64,000 nt of DNA, from positions 159,359 through 223,358 of the forward strand of contig SHMX01000001.1 in the NCBI GenBank assembly GCA_008080745.1, in the 5' to 3' direction. The position numbers were made by a program, and so were the translations under genes. Origin of the DNA: Candidatus Thorarchaeota archaeon. Its GTDB lineage: Archaea; Asgardarchaeota; Thorarchaeia; Thorarchaeales; Thorarchaeaceae. Positions 9,860-19,880 of this stretch are shown here, piece by piece. The notes beneath the pieces are model-generated. The model saw nothing but the letters and a program-made list of their open reading frames with translations. It searched no databases and had not been told where the DNA came from. Every line of letters begins with the position of its first letter. Within the stretch, counting starts at the first letter, position 1.

Positions 9860-10981
9860 TCACCGTCTGTATTTTGCAAGGTCGTAAGCCTCTTGGATAG
9901 GTGTACATCCACCACATCGATGACATCCTGCGGAGGTTTCTTTTGGATTCAAGCCCTTTTGAACCAGAAGTCTTCCAATTATCCTTACAAAATCAAGATA
10001 CTTTTCCGATTCTTTGATATAAGAAGGGGTGAAATTAGCTAACTGACTATTGGGAGCAGGCCGAATAGGAGCAACTACAGGTAAGATTCCTTTTGATATG
10101 ATTTCTTCTAGCTTAGAAAGGGTCAGACTAAGATCTTCACCAAGTCCATACAATAGAAAGGTGCTTACATTTCCAGATCCGAAAAGATCCAATGCATATT
10201 CCCAAGATTCCATGTACATTTCAAACGAACCATAATCGGTCTTGCCTGGGCAGTATAATTCTCTTACATTTGGATCGACACTCTCAATGTGAATACCTAC
10301 AGCATTCACTCCAGCATTATATACCTCGTAGATCTTTGCTGGATCTACCGGAGGCTCAAATTGTACGCCAATTGGAATATCAGAAAAATCTCTAATTGTT
10401 TTCACAATCCTAACAAGTCTGTCAATTCCAACATCTTGTGAGTCAGGTGTTCCAGTTGTCAAAAGTACATCTTTCACCACACCCTCATCGAGACCTGCTT
10501 GCAGAACTTCTACAAATTGCTCAGGAGATTTCTCCAAGAGTGCGTCTTGTGTCTGATGAGAATGTGGAATGGTGCAGAATTTGCATTGTTGTCCGGTGAG
10601 CCAATATCTGCAATGTTGATACACCGTTGTTGCAAGAGTTTCCTTACCGTGTAGAAGGGCAATTTTTTGGTATGGAATACCATCCTCGGTCGTCAAATCA
10701 TAGAATGCAGGTTTCGGAACAAGATCGAGTGGAATAGAATGGTCGTAAAGCCAAATCCCAGCTTCATCGGTTGGTCGCAAATCTGCAGAATGGAATCTTT
10801 CAGCCATTTCACCCTGTCGTATTGGTACACCTACAGGACGATTATTGGGAAGTAAGAAGTATCTGCCACCTACTGGTCCAGCACCCCCTTTTCGACCCGG
10901 ATATTCAGACTCGGGTATACGAGCACCTTCGGTGAGTAGTTTCACCTTTAGTCGGAATATCTCTTCTAGATTCATTCTCAT
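9860..10981 (-). CDS. radical SAM-like protein with non-canonical Cys spacing
   Basis: 373 aa; CRYWLTGQQCKFC (C-x8-C-x2-C) followed by glycine-rich LLTTGTP and TIM-barrel-like pattern; additional C-terminal CHRCGGC cluster. Confidence 0.4.
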   Translation of the reverse strand: MRMNLEEIFRLKVKLLTEGARIPESEYPGRKGGAGPVGGRYFLLPNNRPVGVPIRQGEMAERFHSADLRPTDEAGIWLYDHSIPLDLVPKPAFYDLTTEDGIPYQKIALLHGKETLATTVYQHCRYWLTGQQCKFCTIPHSHQTQDALLEKSPEQFVEVLQAGLDEGVVKDVLLTTGTPDSQDVGIDRLVRIVKTIRDFSDIPIGVQFEPPVDPAKIYEVYNAGVNAVGIHIESVDPNVRELYCPGKTDYGSFEMYMESWEYALDLFGSGNVSTFLLYGLGEDLSLTLSKLEEIISKGILPVVAPIRPAPNSQLANFTPSYIKESEKYLDFVRIIGRLLVQKGLNPKETSAGCHRCGGCTPIQEAYDLAKYRR

Positions 10982-11015
10982 CGGTCCATTATTGCTCTTC
11001 CTAACTTAATTGCTT

Positions 11016-12122
11016 TCAGTTAACGTCTTTTGTATACTTATCAACAAATTCCACTAAATCAAGCACCTCAATTTCATCCCCTGCTTGTTGTTTTAGTAGA
11101 TTTTTACAAAATGGACAGGTGCTAAGAAGTAATTTAGAGCCAGTCCGGAGTGCTTGTTCGATACGTTCTCGTCCAATCTTCTTTGATGCATCTGGATACA
11201 TCAACCTTAGCCCAGCCCCATTTCCACAACACATCGCATTTTCTCGATTGCGTTCCATTTCACTAGGAGGAATTCCCGATATGGATTCAATCACTCTACG
11301 GGGTTCATCATAGACATTGCAATGACGGCCAAGATGACAAGGATCATGATAGGTTACCTGAATTGATGGATCTGTTTCACCCAGACCATCCCGATGCATA
11401 TCCAGAAATTGGCTAATATGGTAGATAGGTTTGGTAATTTCCAACCCGTGTTTTGGATAGTCTATGGTAAGAGCACGAAGACAGCCGGGACAGGAAACAA
11501 CTATTTTCTCTGCCGAATGAGCATTAAGAATTTCGACATTATGATTGGCTTGTTCTAAAGCAGCTTCTAGAGAGCCGGTTCTGAATAATGGCGAGGCACA
11601 ACACCACTCATCTTCTAACAAAGCTACTTTGAAACCAAGCCGTGAGAGTACATTGATGGTTGAGTTAGCAATCTCCTCCTCCTGATAAGCAGAAGTACAA
11701 CCAGTAAAGTAGACAATATCAGGATTTTTCGATGTGGGTAATTCCAACTTTTCTAGTCTTTTTGAGTGGGGTTCATCGAATGGGTTGTGATTTGATCTCA
11801 CAATGGATACCAAGTCTTTGATAGCGGTAGGCTGACGACCTTCCTCAGCAAGTTCGGTTCTTCTAGATTCTACAATAGAAGCTATGTCAATCTCTGGTTT
11901 GCACCAAGTTAGACAATGACTACATTCCAGACACTGATACAGAACCTGAATCGCCCGTTCGTCGAGCTCACGTACGCCTTTAATTTCCTGATGGAGTAGG
12001 AGTGCTCTTCCGTGGGGAGTTGGGGCATCAGATCGCCATGCAAAAAAGGTTGGACAAACATGTCTGCACATTTTAGGACATGCCGCACACATCCGCACAT
12101 CAGAGGCCATTTCATCATTCAT
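11016..12122 (-). CDS. (Fe-S)-binding CCG-domain oxidoreductase subunit (GlcF/HdrD/GlpC-like)
   Basis: 368 aa; two ferredoxin-type clusters (CAACPKMCRHVCP, CLECSHCLTWCKP) and CCG-type cysteine motifs (CCASP, CCGNG). Confidence 0.75.
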   Translation of the reverse strand: MNDEMASDVRMCAACPKMCRHVCPTFFAWRSDAPTPHGRALLLHQEIKGVRELDERAIQVLYQCLECSHCLTWCKPEIDIASIVESRRTELAEEGRQPTAIKDLVSIVRSNHNPFDEPHSKRLEKLELPTSKNPDIVYFTGCTSAYQEEEIANSTINVLSRLGFKVALLEDEWCCASPLFRTGSLEAALEQANHNVEILNAHSAEKIVVSCPGCLRALTIDYPKHGLEITKPIYHISQFLDMHRDGLGETDPSIQVTYHDPCHLGRHCNVYDEPRRVIESISGIPPSEMERNRENAMCCGNGAGLRLMYPDASKKIGRERIEQALRTGSKLLLSTCPFCKNLLKQQAGDEIEVLDLVEFVDKYTKDVN

Positions 12123-13549
12123 TATTTTCGCACCTCCAAACCTAATTTTCCAGGATTCATAATCCCATTGGGATCGAGTTTCTCCTTTATACTCTTTAAG
12201 ACTGAAAACGCAGATTCCAGTTCGTCAACAACATATGTGCTTCTAGAAAGTCCGACTCCATGCTGATGGGACATTGTACCACCCTCTTTTAGACATGCAG
12301 CAACCCCATCATCCCAGATTTTTTTATAGGTTGCCCAGGCACTTTCTGCATCGGGCTGAGCAGTAAAGAAAATCATGTATATACTCCCACCATTGGGATA
12401 CATATGTGAGAAGTGGGATAGCACAACTGCTTCATGTGCTTCCATAGCAGATTTCATAGAATGATAGACATTCTCCAATTTGTCATATGTTGCAACCACA
12501 TCAATGGTGTCACCAATGGCATATCCTGAAGTTGTGAAGGGACTTGGATAGTACATATCAAATCGATGATTCCACCATCTCTCTGCAGGTCCTGCCCCAA
12601 AGTCATTTCCACCTTCTGCAATGCATATTTCCATAACGGTTGCCTCATCTAAATCATTTTTGGAAGTAGACCCATCAAAGGCTAACATAAGCATACAATC
12701 CCCCTCTGCTACATCAAAATGAGTACTAACACTAAAAGCTGTATCTTCAGGATCATATAATCTAATAATTGAAGGACTAATTCCTGCACGGAATATCTTT
12801 CTAATAATTTCTAATCCCGTTGAAACATCTTTTACGCTGACACTACGAAAACGTCTCTCTTCAGGCAGAGGAAAAATTCTGAGTGTTGCCTTTGTAATAA
12901 CACCCAAAGTACCTTCAGAACCAATGAATAACTGACGTAAATCAGGACCAACAGAATGACGGGGCACGGGTTTGCAGAATATCACTTCACCACTAGGTAA
13001 AACAAATTCCAATCCCAAGGTCAAATCCTCAATTTTTCCATATAATGAGGACATAGATCCACCAGACCGAGTTGCGATAAATCCACCAATATTGGATGAT
13101 CTGACTGAGGTGGGTGTATGACCAGATGTGTACCCATGACGATTCAAATACTCCTCCAAATCTACCCCTACAACCCCAGCCTCTACATGGACCATCATAG
13201 AGGTCTCATCAATTTCGAGTATCTTGTCAAATCGTTTCATGTCTAGTTGAATTCCACCGTAAATAGCAAGGGTGCCACCACAGGTTCCAGCACCACCACC
13301 AACAGGGATAACCGGAATTAAGAACTTGTTAGCAATTTTAAGAATCTCAGATACCTCTCTGGTAGTTGATGGAAAGACAATAATATCAGCAAGAGGCAAC
13401 AACTCCCCAGCTCGAATTTTTGCCTCACTGAGAGGCCAAGCATCATGTGCATTGAGGACTTTATCGGTCTGTTGCACAGTGACATAATCAGATCCAAGTA
13501 GAGTATGTAATTTTTCTACTAACTCTCCAAACTTATCAGAATCAATCAT
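12122..13549 (-). CDS. FAD-linked oxidase (GlcD / D-lactate dehydrogenase-like)
   Basis: 475 aa; FAD-binding PCMH-type N-terminal domain (PVGGGAGTCGG) and C-terminal oxidase domain; 1-nt overlap with the downstream Fe-S subunit gene. Confidence 0.8.
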   Translation of the reverse strand: MIDSDKFGELVEKLHTLLGSDYVTVQQTDKVLNAHDAWPLSEAKIRAGELLPLADIIVFPSTTREVSEILKIANKFLIPVIPVGGGAGTCGGTLAIYGGIQLDMKRFDKILEIDETSMMVHVEAGVVGVDLEEYLNRHGYTSGHTPTSVRSSNIGGFIATRSGGSMSSLYGKIEDLTLGLEFVLPSGEVIFCKPVPRHSVGPDLRQLFIGSEGTLGVITKATLRIFPLPEERRFRSVSVKDVSTGLEIIRKIFRAGISPSIIRLYDPEDTAFSVSTHFDVAEGDCMLMLAFDGSTSKNDLDEATVMEICIAEGGNDFGAGPAERWWNHRFDMYYPSPFTTSGYAIGDTIDVVATYDKLENVYHSMKSAMEAHEAVVLSHFSHMYPNGGSIYMIFFTAQPDAESAWATYKKIWDDGVAACLKEGGTMSHQHGVGLSRSTYVVDELESAFSVLKSIKEKLDPNGIMNPGKLGLEVRK

Positions 13550-13555
13550 AACATT

Positions 13556-14785
13556 TCACTCCATAGAGAGATGGGTTGCGATAAACACGGTCAAATCATC
13601 AACATCGATAGGAATACCACTTCGATAGAGATTATCTTCTAATGTTGCAGTACATAATGGACAGGGAGTCACAACTCGCGATGCAGATGTAGCATCTATT
13701 GCCGCAAGATTAATCCCAACAACTGATTTTGCAACACTTGGTGCATGATATGCAACCATTCCACCACCACCGCAACAAGAATCTCTAGCAGAAGAAGTAA
13801 TAACTTCAACATTTGGAATAGCTTGCAGAATTTCCACGGCATAATCCAATATCTGTCGAGAGGTGTGCTTGATAAGATGGCAGGGCTCATGAATAGTGAT
13901 TTTTGTTGCGGATGTGTCTGATGCCATTTCTGCTTGGAGTCTGTCGATACCGATGTGTTCAATAAGATATTCAATCATATGATAGATAGGAATATCCCAG
14001 TTATCTCGTACTGCTATATCACTAATATTGGAAGTACAGCCAGCACAAGTTGTAACCAACATTTTTACTCCAAGAGATTTTATTTTCTCCTTCAGGGATG
14101 TATTCAACTCTCTAGCAGTCTTCTCATCACCAATTAAGCGAGCAGGCAGTCCACAACAGCTCAATTCATCAAGGACTGCAAAGTTCACATCAAATCGTTT
14201 TAGAATTACTTTTGCGGCTTCTTTAACTTCCTGAGCCATTTCTTCTGCTTGACAACCAGGATAAAATAAAACATCAGCACTTTCTTTGCTCTCAATATCA
14301 ACTAGAGGTAGACCCAACCGTTCCAATCTCATATCACGGCTATCAATCTTATCTTCAGGATCATCCCAAGGTGCAAATGCTTTCTCATGTGCATGAATGG
14401 TTTCTAGTACTTTGTGTAATTCTTTTGGAACAAGATCAGGACGGTGTTCGAAAATTCTAGCTCGAATCATATTGACAATCTCAGGGATATTGACGGATTG
14501 CGGACAGACTTCTCTACAGGTTCCACAGCCCGTACAAAGATAGACCTTGTCACCAGTGGTCCAGAATTCAGGAGGGGAGCGGCTTAGCTCAACTGCAATG
14601 CTACGAGGACCACTAAATTGATCAACTCCTACTCCAGCCACAACAGGACAGTGATTAATGCAAATCCCACAATTTATGCACTGTTCAATGGACTTGATTA
14701 TTTCCAATTCATCCTCTTTGTAAGGAATGATTCTTTCTTCTTTCAGGGTTCCCTTAACAAATTCATAAGCTTCTTCTTCGCTCAT
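13556..14785 (-). CDS. glpC: anaerobic glycerol-3-phosphate dehydrogenase subunit C-like Fe-S protein
   Basis: 409 aa; CINCGICINHCP and CTGCGTCREVCP ferredoxin motifs plus CCG domains; abuts glpB. Confidence 0.65.
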   Translation of the reverse strand: MSEEEAYEFVKGTLKEERIIPYKEDELEIIKSIEQCINCGICINHCPVVAGVGVDQFSGPRSIAVELSRSPPEFWTTGDKVYLCTGCGTCREVCPQSVNIPEIVNMIRARIFEHRPDLVPKELHKVLETIHAHEKAFAPWDDPEDKIDSRDMRLERLGLPLVDIESKESADVLFYPGCQAEEMAQEVKEAAKVILKRFDVNFAVLDELSCCGLPARLIGDEKTARELNTSLKEKIKSLGVKMLVTTCAGCTSNISDIAVRDNWDIPIYHMIEYLIEHIGIDRLQAEMASDTSATKITIHEPCHLIKHTSRQILDYAVEILQAIPNVEVITSSARDSCCGGGGMVAYHAPSVAKSVVGINLAAIDATSASRVVTPCPLCTATLEDNLYRSGIPIDVDDLTVFIATHLSME

Positions 14786-16153
14786 TTAGAGTTCCTCCTT
14801 GATATATTTCATAGCGTTTAATCCGGTAGTATAACCTGTAGTGAGACCTACACCCAAACCACTCTTTTCAACGAGATAATTATATCCGGCTAGAACGGAA
14901 CCCGCAGCAAAGACATTCTCATATACTACTTGAGAATCGTAATTGATAGGCCTGAAGTATCTATCAACTGGAACACCCACACTGAAAACAGCGTGACCTT
15001 CGTATTGCACATTAACCCGATCGGTTAACTTCTGAGGTCTCAAATCATCCGTTGGATTATAGTTCAGATCTACAGTGTCTAGATTAAAAATAGATTCTTT
15101 GAAGCCACTCTCTGTTCCTTTAATTCCCCCACCTATGAATTTCCCAGTCGCAAGTATTGTTGAGGTAGCAGATATTTTCATCTTTCTATGGGGACTTTTC
15201 GCAATAATCCGACTCACTCTATCATCAGCTGAATCATATCCTACAACCTCATGACCAACAATCATCTGTCCTCCAGATTCTAGATACATAGCATCCAGTG
15301 ATTGTTGGAGTCGCATTCCAGGTACTGACGGTGGAAAAGAAAGAACCTCAAACGGATGTACGCCAAGTTCAGCTATTTCTTGTAAGACAGTATTGGCGGA
15401 TTCAATGCCCATGACAGGAGGTAGAGCCACATGTGTTGCACCAGTATTTTCAATGTTCTTTCTCAGCTCAGAGAGGGCCTCCTTAGGTAGTCCTGAATGA
15501 TCAAGATGACGGGCAACCTCAACAGATGAAATGTTGTAAGGTTTGCCAAACGGAGTTATTGTTATTGAACAGCTTGATACTCTCTTGACAGGTTTATCCG
15601 CGTACCTCTGAAATTCTGCATAAGTCCGTGCAGCAAGCCTACCATTGAAATCAGGATGCCCCACTATGTCAACGAAGAGGAGATTGCTATCGTCATGATC
15701 CTTTACAAGATTCCCCATATCCATCGTCTTCTGGACAAAGCATGTGGGTTTTGTTGTACCTAGAACCGTTATTGCCTCCATGGCTTGGTCCAAAGCCCCA
15801 GTAAACTCAGCACATAAACCATCCAGGTTCCTCTGTAACCATTTCACAGAATCTTTGACCCTCTGAACAATTAATTCAGTGTGGACTTCTCGATTGTTCT
15901 CTGAAATACCCAAAATGACATAGGGATGGGTAGATCGAATCACTCCAGTAGTAGACAAGGCATCAATAGGACTCAGAGGGAATTGACTCTCAACAAGATT
16001 TCCTAGAATATCAATAGCACCCGATGAGTAGGACGTTGCTCCTCGACCTTTCCTGATCAAGATAGTTTTTAGACCCGATTCAGAAGCGATAGTTCCTGCA
16101 ACGAGACCAGCAATACCACCGCCAATAACAGCTAAATCATATTCGTGTTCCAT
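14786..16153 (-). CDS. glpB: anaerobic glycerol-3-phosphate dehydrogenase subunit B
   Basis: 455 aa; N-terminal FAD dinucleotide fold DLAVIGGGIAGLVAG followed by GATSYSSGAIDILG, the GlpB signature region. Confidence 0.7.
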   Translation of the reverse strand: MEHEYDLAVIGGGIAGLVAGTIASESGLKTILIRKGRGATSYSSGAIDILGNLVESQFPLSPIDALSTTGVIRSTHPYVILGISENNREVHTELIVQRVKDSVKWLQRNLDGLCAEFTGALDQAMEAITVLGTTKPTCFVQKTMDMGNLVKDHDDSNLLFVDIVGHPDFNGRLAARTYAEFQRYADKPVKRVSSCSITITPFGKPYNISSVEVARHLDHSGLPKEALSELRKNIENTGATHVALPPVMGIESANTVLQEIAELGVHPFEVLSFPPSVPGMRLQQSLDAMYLESGGQMIVGHEVVGYDSADDRVSRIIAKSPHRKMKISATSTILATGKFIGGGIKGTESGFKESIFNLDTVDLNYNPTDDLRPQKLTDRVNVQYEGHAVFSVGVPVDRYFRPINYDSQVVYENVFAAGSVLAGYNYLVEKSGLGVGLTTGYTTGLNAMKYIKEEL

Positions 16154-16154
16154 T

Positions 16155-17816
16155 CTACGACCAATCCTCCCATGGCTTACGAGTATAGACAGACCCGAGG
16201 GTCAGATCAAGATTTCCAACGCAGGCGTACATTCCCTGAGCGACCTCTTCCTGAATGATCTGTTCCCGTCTGAAGGAGGGGCGTTTCCCTTTCCATCGCT
16301 CTGAAAGAAAATCAAGTATATCCAACTGGAAATCATGCCCACTTAGCTCCCGTTCGTCTGCTAAGATAGCAGCAGCTTTATACGTGCAAAAAGTTGCTTG
16401 GCAAGGGCCAGTACCCAGTCTAACTCGACGACGTAAATCGTTGAGAGTCTGGGGAAACTCGTGTCTTATGCTGTATCGAATTTCAGCCTCTATCACAGGT
16501 TCACAGGTACAGATTGTTGTCTTCCAGTCGGGGTGATCTTTTGTCAGTTCCAAAATCATTCTTGTTTCAGTTCCGCGTCTAGCCCTCAAACGCTCTACAG
16601 CATGTTGTGATATATCGAACTCTTTAGCAAGAGCAAGAACATCCACATCATCTTCGTTGCCTGGTAATGGTTCCAGATGAGTTTTGCATTCAGTTTCAAC
16701 TCTCAACATTTCTGCGGCTAGATCAGTGGCTGCTTCAGCCATATGTCTGCACATTACCAGTTTTCCACCGGTGAAGCTGATAAGACCTTTAATATTCTGT
16801 GAAGAATGATCAATTATCTCGTAGCCACGGGTGACTTTTCCCTCAGGAATCTTCCAATCTGCAACGAGAGGCCGGACTCCTTCCATTGTCCGAATTATTC
16901 GAGCATCACGAATAGAGGGAATAACCCATTCCATACTCTGCAGCAAGTATTCTATCTCATCGTGACTTGCGGTAAGGGTGTCTGGGTCCTCCCAAGTATC
17001 AATAGCAGTTGTTCCAAGAAGAGTGGTATTTTCATGAGGAAAAAGATAGATCATCCGTCCGTCAACAGCTTTCGCAATGACGCCCACATTGACTACTCTT
17101 CGGTCTAAAATTACATGTGCACCCTTGTTCAGACGTAAATCAACCTTGGCTTCAGCAAATTTAGCAACTTTTGATGCCCAGGGACCAGCTGCATTGATGA
17201 CAATATGTGTTGAAACCCGTTTTTCTTCACGCGTAATCCTATTGAAATAGACAACTCCAACAATCTTCCCGTCTTTAACATCAATATCTACCAGCTCACA
17301 ATACGTTTTGACATCAGCACCATGATTCTTCGCATCTAGTGCTTGCAAGATACATAAACGAAAAGGATCTATGAAGTATTCTTCAAAATATAACGATGCA
17401 ATAATTTCCGGATTTAGAGATGGTTCAATCTCACGAGAGTCTTCAGGAGTGAGAAACAACACAGGAGGAACATCTCGTGATTCCGCCCGTTTAGAATATT
17501 CCTCTGCAAAATTCCCTCCACTTGAGAGGTCACTCATCTCAAGCATAGGAGTCAGTATGGGGTTTTTCATAATGATATGGCGAGCAATCCGAAGAAAGTG
17601 GACTACCTCATCAGAACACATATCGACAATTTCAGGTTCATCCATGTATTTCAGACCGGAGGATATCATTCCCGCACAGGTGCCAACTGTTGCAGAAGCA
17701 ATATCATCTCGTTCTAGAAGCAATGTACGAAGACCTCTCATTGCACAGTCACGGGCGACAGCTGTACCAGTGCTACCAGCACCAATGACTACAACATCAT
17801 AATCAGCCATTTTCAC
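16155..17816 (-). CDS. glpA: anaerobic glycerol-3-phosphate dehydrogenase subunit A (FAD-dependent, with C-terminal BFD-like 2Fe-2S domain)
   Basis: 553 aa; DYDVVVIGAGSTGTAVARD FAD fold; C-terminal Cys cluster CTCEPV...GTGPCQATFC. Confidence 0.8.
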   Translation of the reverse strand: MKMADYDVVVIGAGSTGTAVARDCAMRGLRTLLLERDDIASATVGTCAGMISSGLKYMDEPEIVDMCSDEVVHFLRIARHIIMKNPILTPMLEMSDLSSGGNFAEEYSKRAESRDVPPVLFLTPEDSREIEPSLNPEIIASLYFEEYFIDPFRLCILQALDAKNHGADVKTYCELVDIDVKDGKIVGVVYFNRITREEKRVSTHIVINAAGPWASKVAKFAEAKVDLRLNKGAHVILDRRVVNVGVIAKAVDGRMIYLFPHENTTLLGTTAIDTWEDPDTLTASHDEIEYLLQSMEWVIPSIRDARIIRTMEGVRPLVADWKIPEGKVTRGYEIIDHSSQNIKGLISFTGGKLVMCRHMAEAATDLAAEMLRVETECKTHLEPLPGNEDDVDVLALAKEFDISQHAVERLRARRGTETRMILELTKDHPDWKTTICTCEPVIEAEIRYSIRHEFPQTLNDLRRRVRLGTGPCQATFCTYKAAAILADERELSGHDFQLDILDFLSERWKGKRPSFRREQIIQEEVAQGMYACVGNLDLTLGSVYTRKPWEDWS

Positions 17817-18001
17817 TAGGGCTCCCTTTGTATATTACACTTTGATTTAGGGGAATTATGGGATAAGACTTTGGAAATAATACAAGCTTTTCGTTTATTA
17901 TATGAGGAAAGACTTTATTGGGATTAATTCTGCGAATCATGTAGGTATTCAGTCTATCTAGTATCCAAGCGAGCTATATAGATAAGGAGACTACCAAATT
18001 A

Positions 18002-18268
18002 ATGAAAATATTGGTGAAATTAATGCCAACATACAACTTAGGTACGCTAAATATTGTATCACACGATGCATCAAAACTAACCGAGGCTATTGGTATTCCT
18101 GAGCATCGGTTTGACGACTTGGTTCAACTTGCACGTGCAGCATGGGACTATGAGGATACTATCTCAGAAAGTATTGAATATGTAGCCCAGCGAGTAACTG
18201 GTTCTGAAGCAGTACTTGCTCTTATTATTCTTGGTAGAATCTGGGAGCAGAATTCTGATAGTAAGTAA
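18002..18268 (+). CDS. hypothetical small protein
   Basis: 88-aa ORF in the spacer between the kinase gene and glpA; AGGAG about 12 nt upstream of the ATG. Confidence 0.35.
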   Translation: MKILVKLMPTYNLGTLNIVSHDASKLTEAIGIPEHRFDDLVQLARAAWDYEDTISESIEYVAQRVTGSEAVLALIILGRIWEQNSDSK

Positions 18269-18329
18269 TATGCCACTTGTGACTCATGGTCCTCGGTAAT
18301 CGAGGACCTTTCAGAGTCAGGTATTTTTT

Positions 18330-19796
18330 CTAGGAGGTTAGCTCGATGATATCGGCCATCTCTGCTAACATGAGTTTGTTAAATATCCCAAACTGTTTTT
18401 CATAAATCGCTACATTTTCTGGAATTGGTTCTCGGCGTTCCTCAATTCTGAGCATATTGGAAGCCGCTTCTTCATAAGACCCATAGACACCAGTACCGAT
18501 AGTACCCAGAATAGCCGCGCCAATTACGGTTGAGTCTCGAGATCTAGGTAGTAGGACGGTCTTATTGGTACAATCCGCCATGATTTGACGCCATAATGAA
18601 GAGTTGGCCCCACCACCGTCAATACGCATCTCGTTAAATTCTATATCAAGAATACCCTCCATCATCTGTACATACATGTTGATACTGTAACCATTTGCTT
18701 CCATTATTGCTCTAGCAATATGGGCTCGAGTATGTTGGAAACCAACATTATAGAAAATTCCCTTGTTATATGCCATAAAGGGAAAAATCACAAGGCCGTC
18801 ACTTCCTGCTGGAACCTCTCTTGCAGAGCGTTCCATGAGGTCATATGCAGCCGCATCACTTTGTGCTGCCATCATTTTTTCTGGTTCACAGTAGTTATCC
18901 CTATACCATCGGTAAGCTAATCCTGTACCTGGGGTAACGCCCTCTAAAATCCATTTTCCTGGAATTGCAGAGGGATTCGAGAACATTACATAGGGATCTT
19001 CGATGTGTTCCTCTGTATGTGTAATTACAAATGTACCAGTACCAGTTGTGGCTTTCAAGACGCCTTTCTTAATCGTCCCAGTGCCCAGAGCAGAACACTG
19101 CTGGTCTCCACTGCCCATAATAACGAGCGTACCCTTTCGCAGAGATGTTCGTTTTGCGGCTTCAGCAGTAATACCTCCAATTGTAGTCCCGGGAGGTTTA
19201 ATCTCTGCTAGATTATCGATGGGAATCCCAGTCTGTTCACATAATTCTTCGGACCATTTGAGTGTTTCATGATCAATGGGTCCATAACGCGCATTGGACG
19301 GTTCACTTACCATTTCACCACACAATCGATAATTCAGATATGCATCAAGATGGATGAATTTGTATGCGCGGCTAAATAACTGTGGACGGTTTTCTTTGAA
19401 CCACATTATTTTATTGACACTCTTCCGAGGGCCAATATCTTCAGCCATTTCTTTTGCAGTCTCAGTAGACCGGTTATCCACCCACGTTACAGTGGGGGCG
19501 AGAGGTTTTCCTTCTTTATCAACAGGGGTGACACAATCCCGAGTGGTTGCTAAAACGACACCCACAATGCCCTCAGCAGAACCAAATTCCGAAATGGCTC
19601 TCTGCATAGTATTGCATGCAGTACGCCAATAGGTTTCAGCAAGCTCTTCATGAATTTTTATATCGCGAGGTTTTTGGGGATATTCTTCATATGCTTTGGA
19701 TAATTCCCGACCCTCTTCATCCACCACCACTGATCTAGTACCAGTGGTTCCAACATCAAATATTGCAAATAATCTCTGACTCATTAATAGCACCAA
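18330..19796 (-). CDS. FGGY-family carbohydrate kinase (glycerol kinase-like)
   Basis: 488 aa; N-terminal AIFDVGTTGTRSVV ATPase motif and C-terminal IDGGGANSSLWRQIMAD motif of FGGY kinases; sits upstream of glpABC. Confidence 0.75.
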   Translation of the reverse strand: MVLLMSQRLFAIFDVGTTGTRSVVVDEEGRELSKAYEEYPQKPRDIKIHEELAETYWRTACNTMQRAISEFGSAEGIVGVVLATTRDCVTPVDKEGKPLAPTVTWVDNRSTETAKEMAEDIGPRKSVNKIMWFKENRPQLFSRAYKFIHLDAYLNYRLCGEMVSEPSNARYGPIDHETLKWSEELCEQTGIPIDNLAEIKPPGTTIGGITAEAAKRTSLRKGTLVIMGSGDQQCSALGTGTIKKGVLKATTGTGTFVITHTEEHIEDPYVMFSNPSAIPGKWILEGVTPGTGLAYRWYRDNYCEPEKMMAAQSDAAAYDLMERSAREVPAGSDGLVIFPFMAYNKGIFYNVGFQHTRAHIARAIMEANGYSINMYVQMMEGILDIEFNEMRIDGGGANSSLWRQIMADCTNKTVLLPRSRDSTVIGAAILGTIGTGVYGSYEEAASNMLRIEERREPIPENVAIYEKQFGIFNKLMLAEMADIIELTS

Positions 19797-19880
19797 ATGT
19801 CATTATGGGAGTGTTTTTGATAGGATGTCCTAAGATATGAATTGTGTGGAAAAACAAGTAGCTGAATATATGAGGTAACT

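Noticed and set aside
19864-19873. TATA-like tgaatatatg upstream of the MBL-fold gene
   Set aside because: Only about 10 nt from the ATG and directly followed by a GAGGT ribosome-binding site, so too close to be a TATA box for this gene
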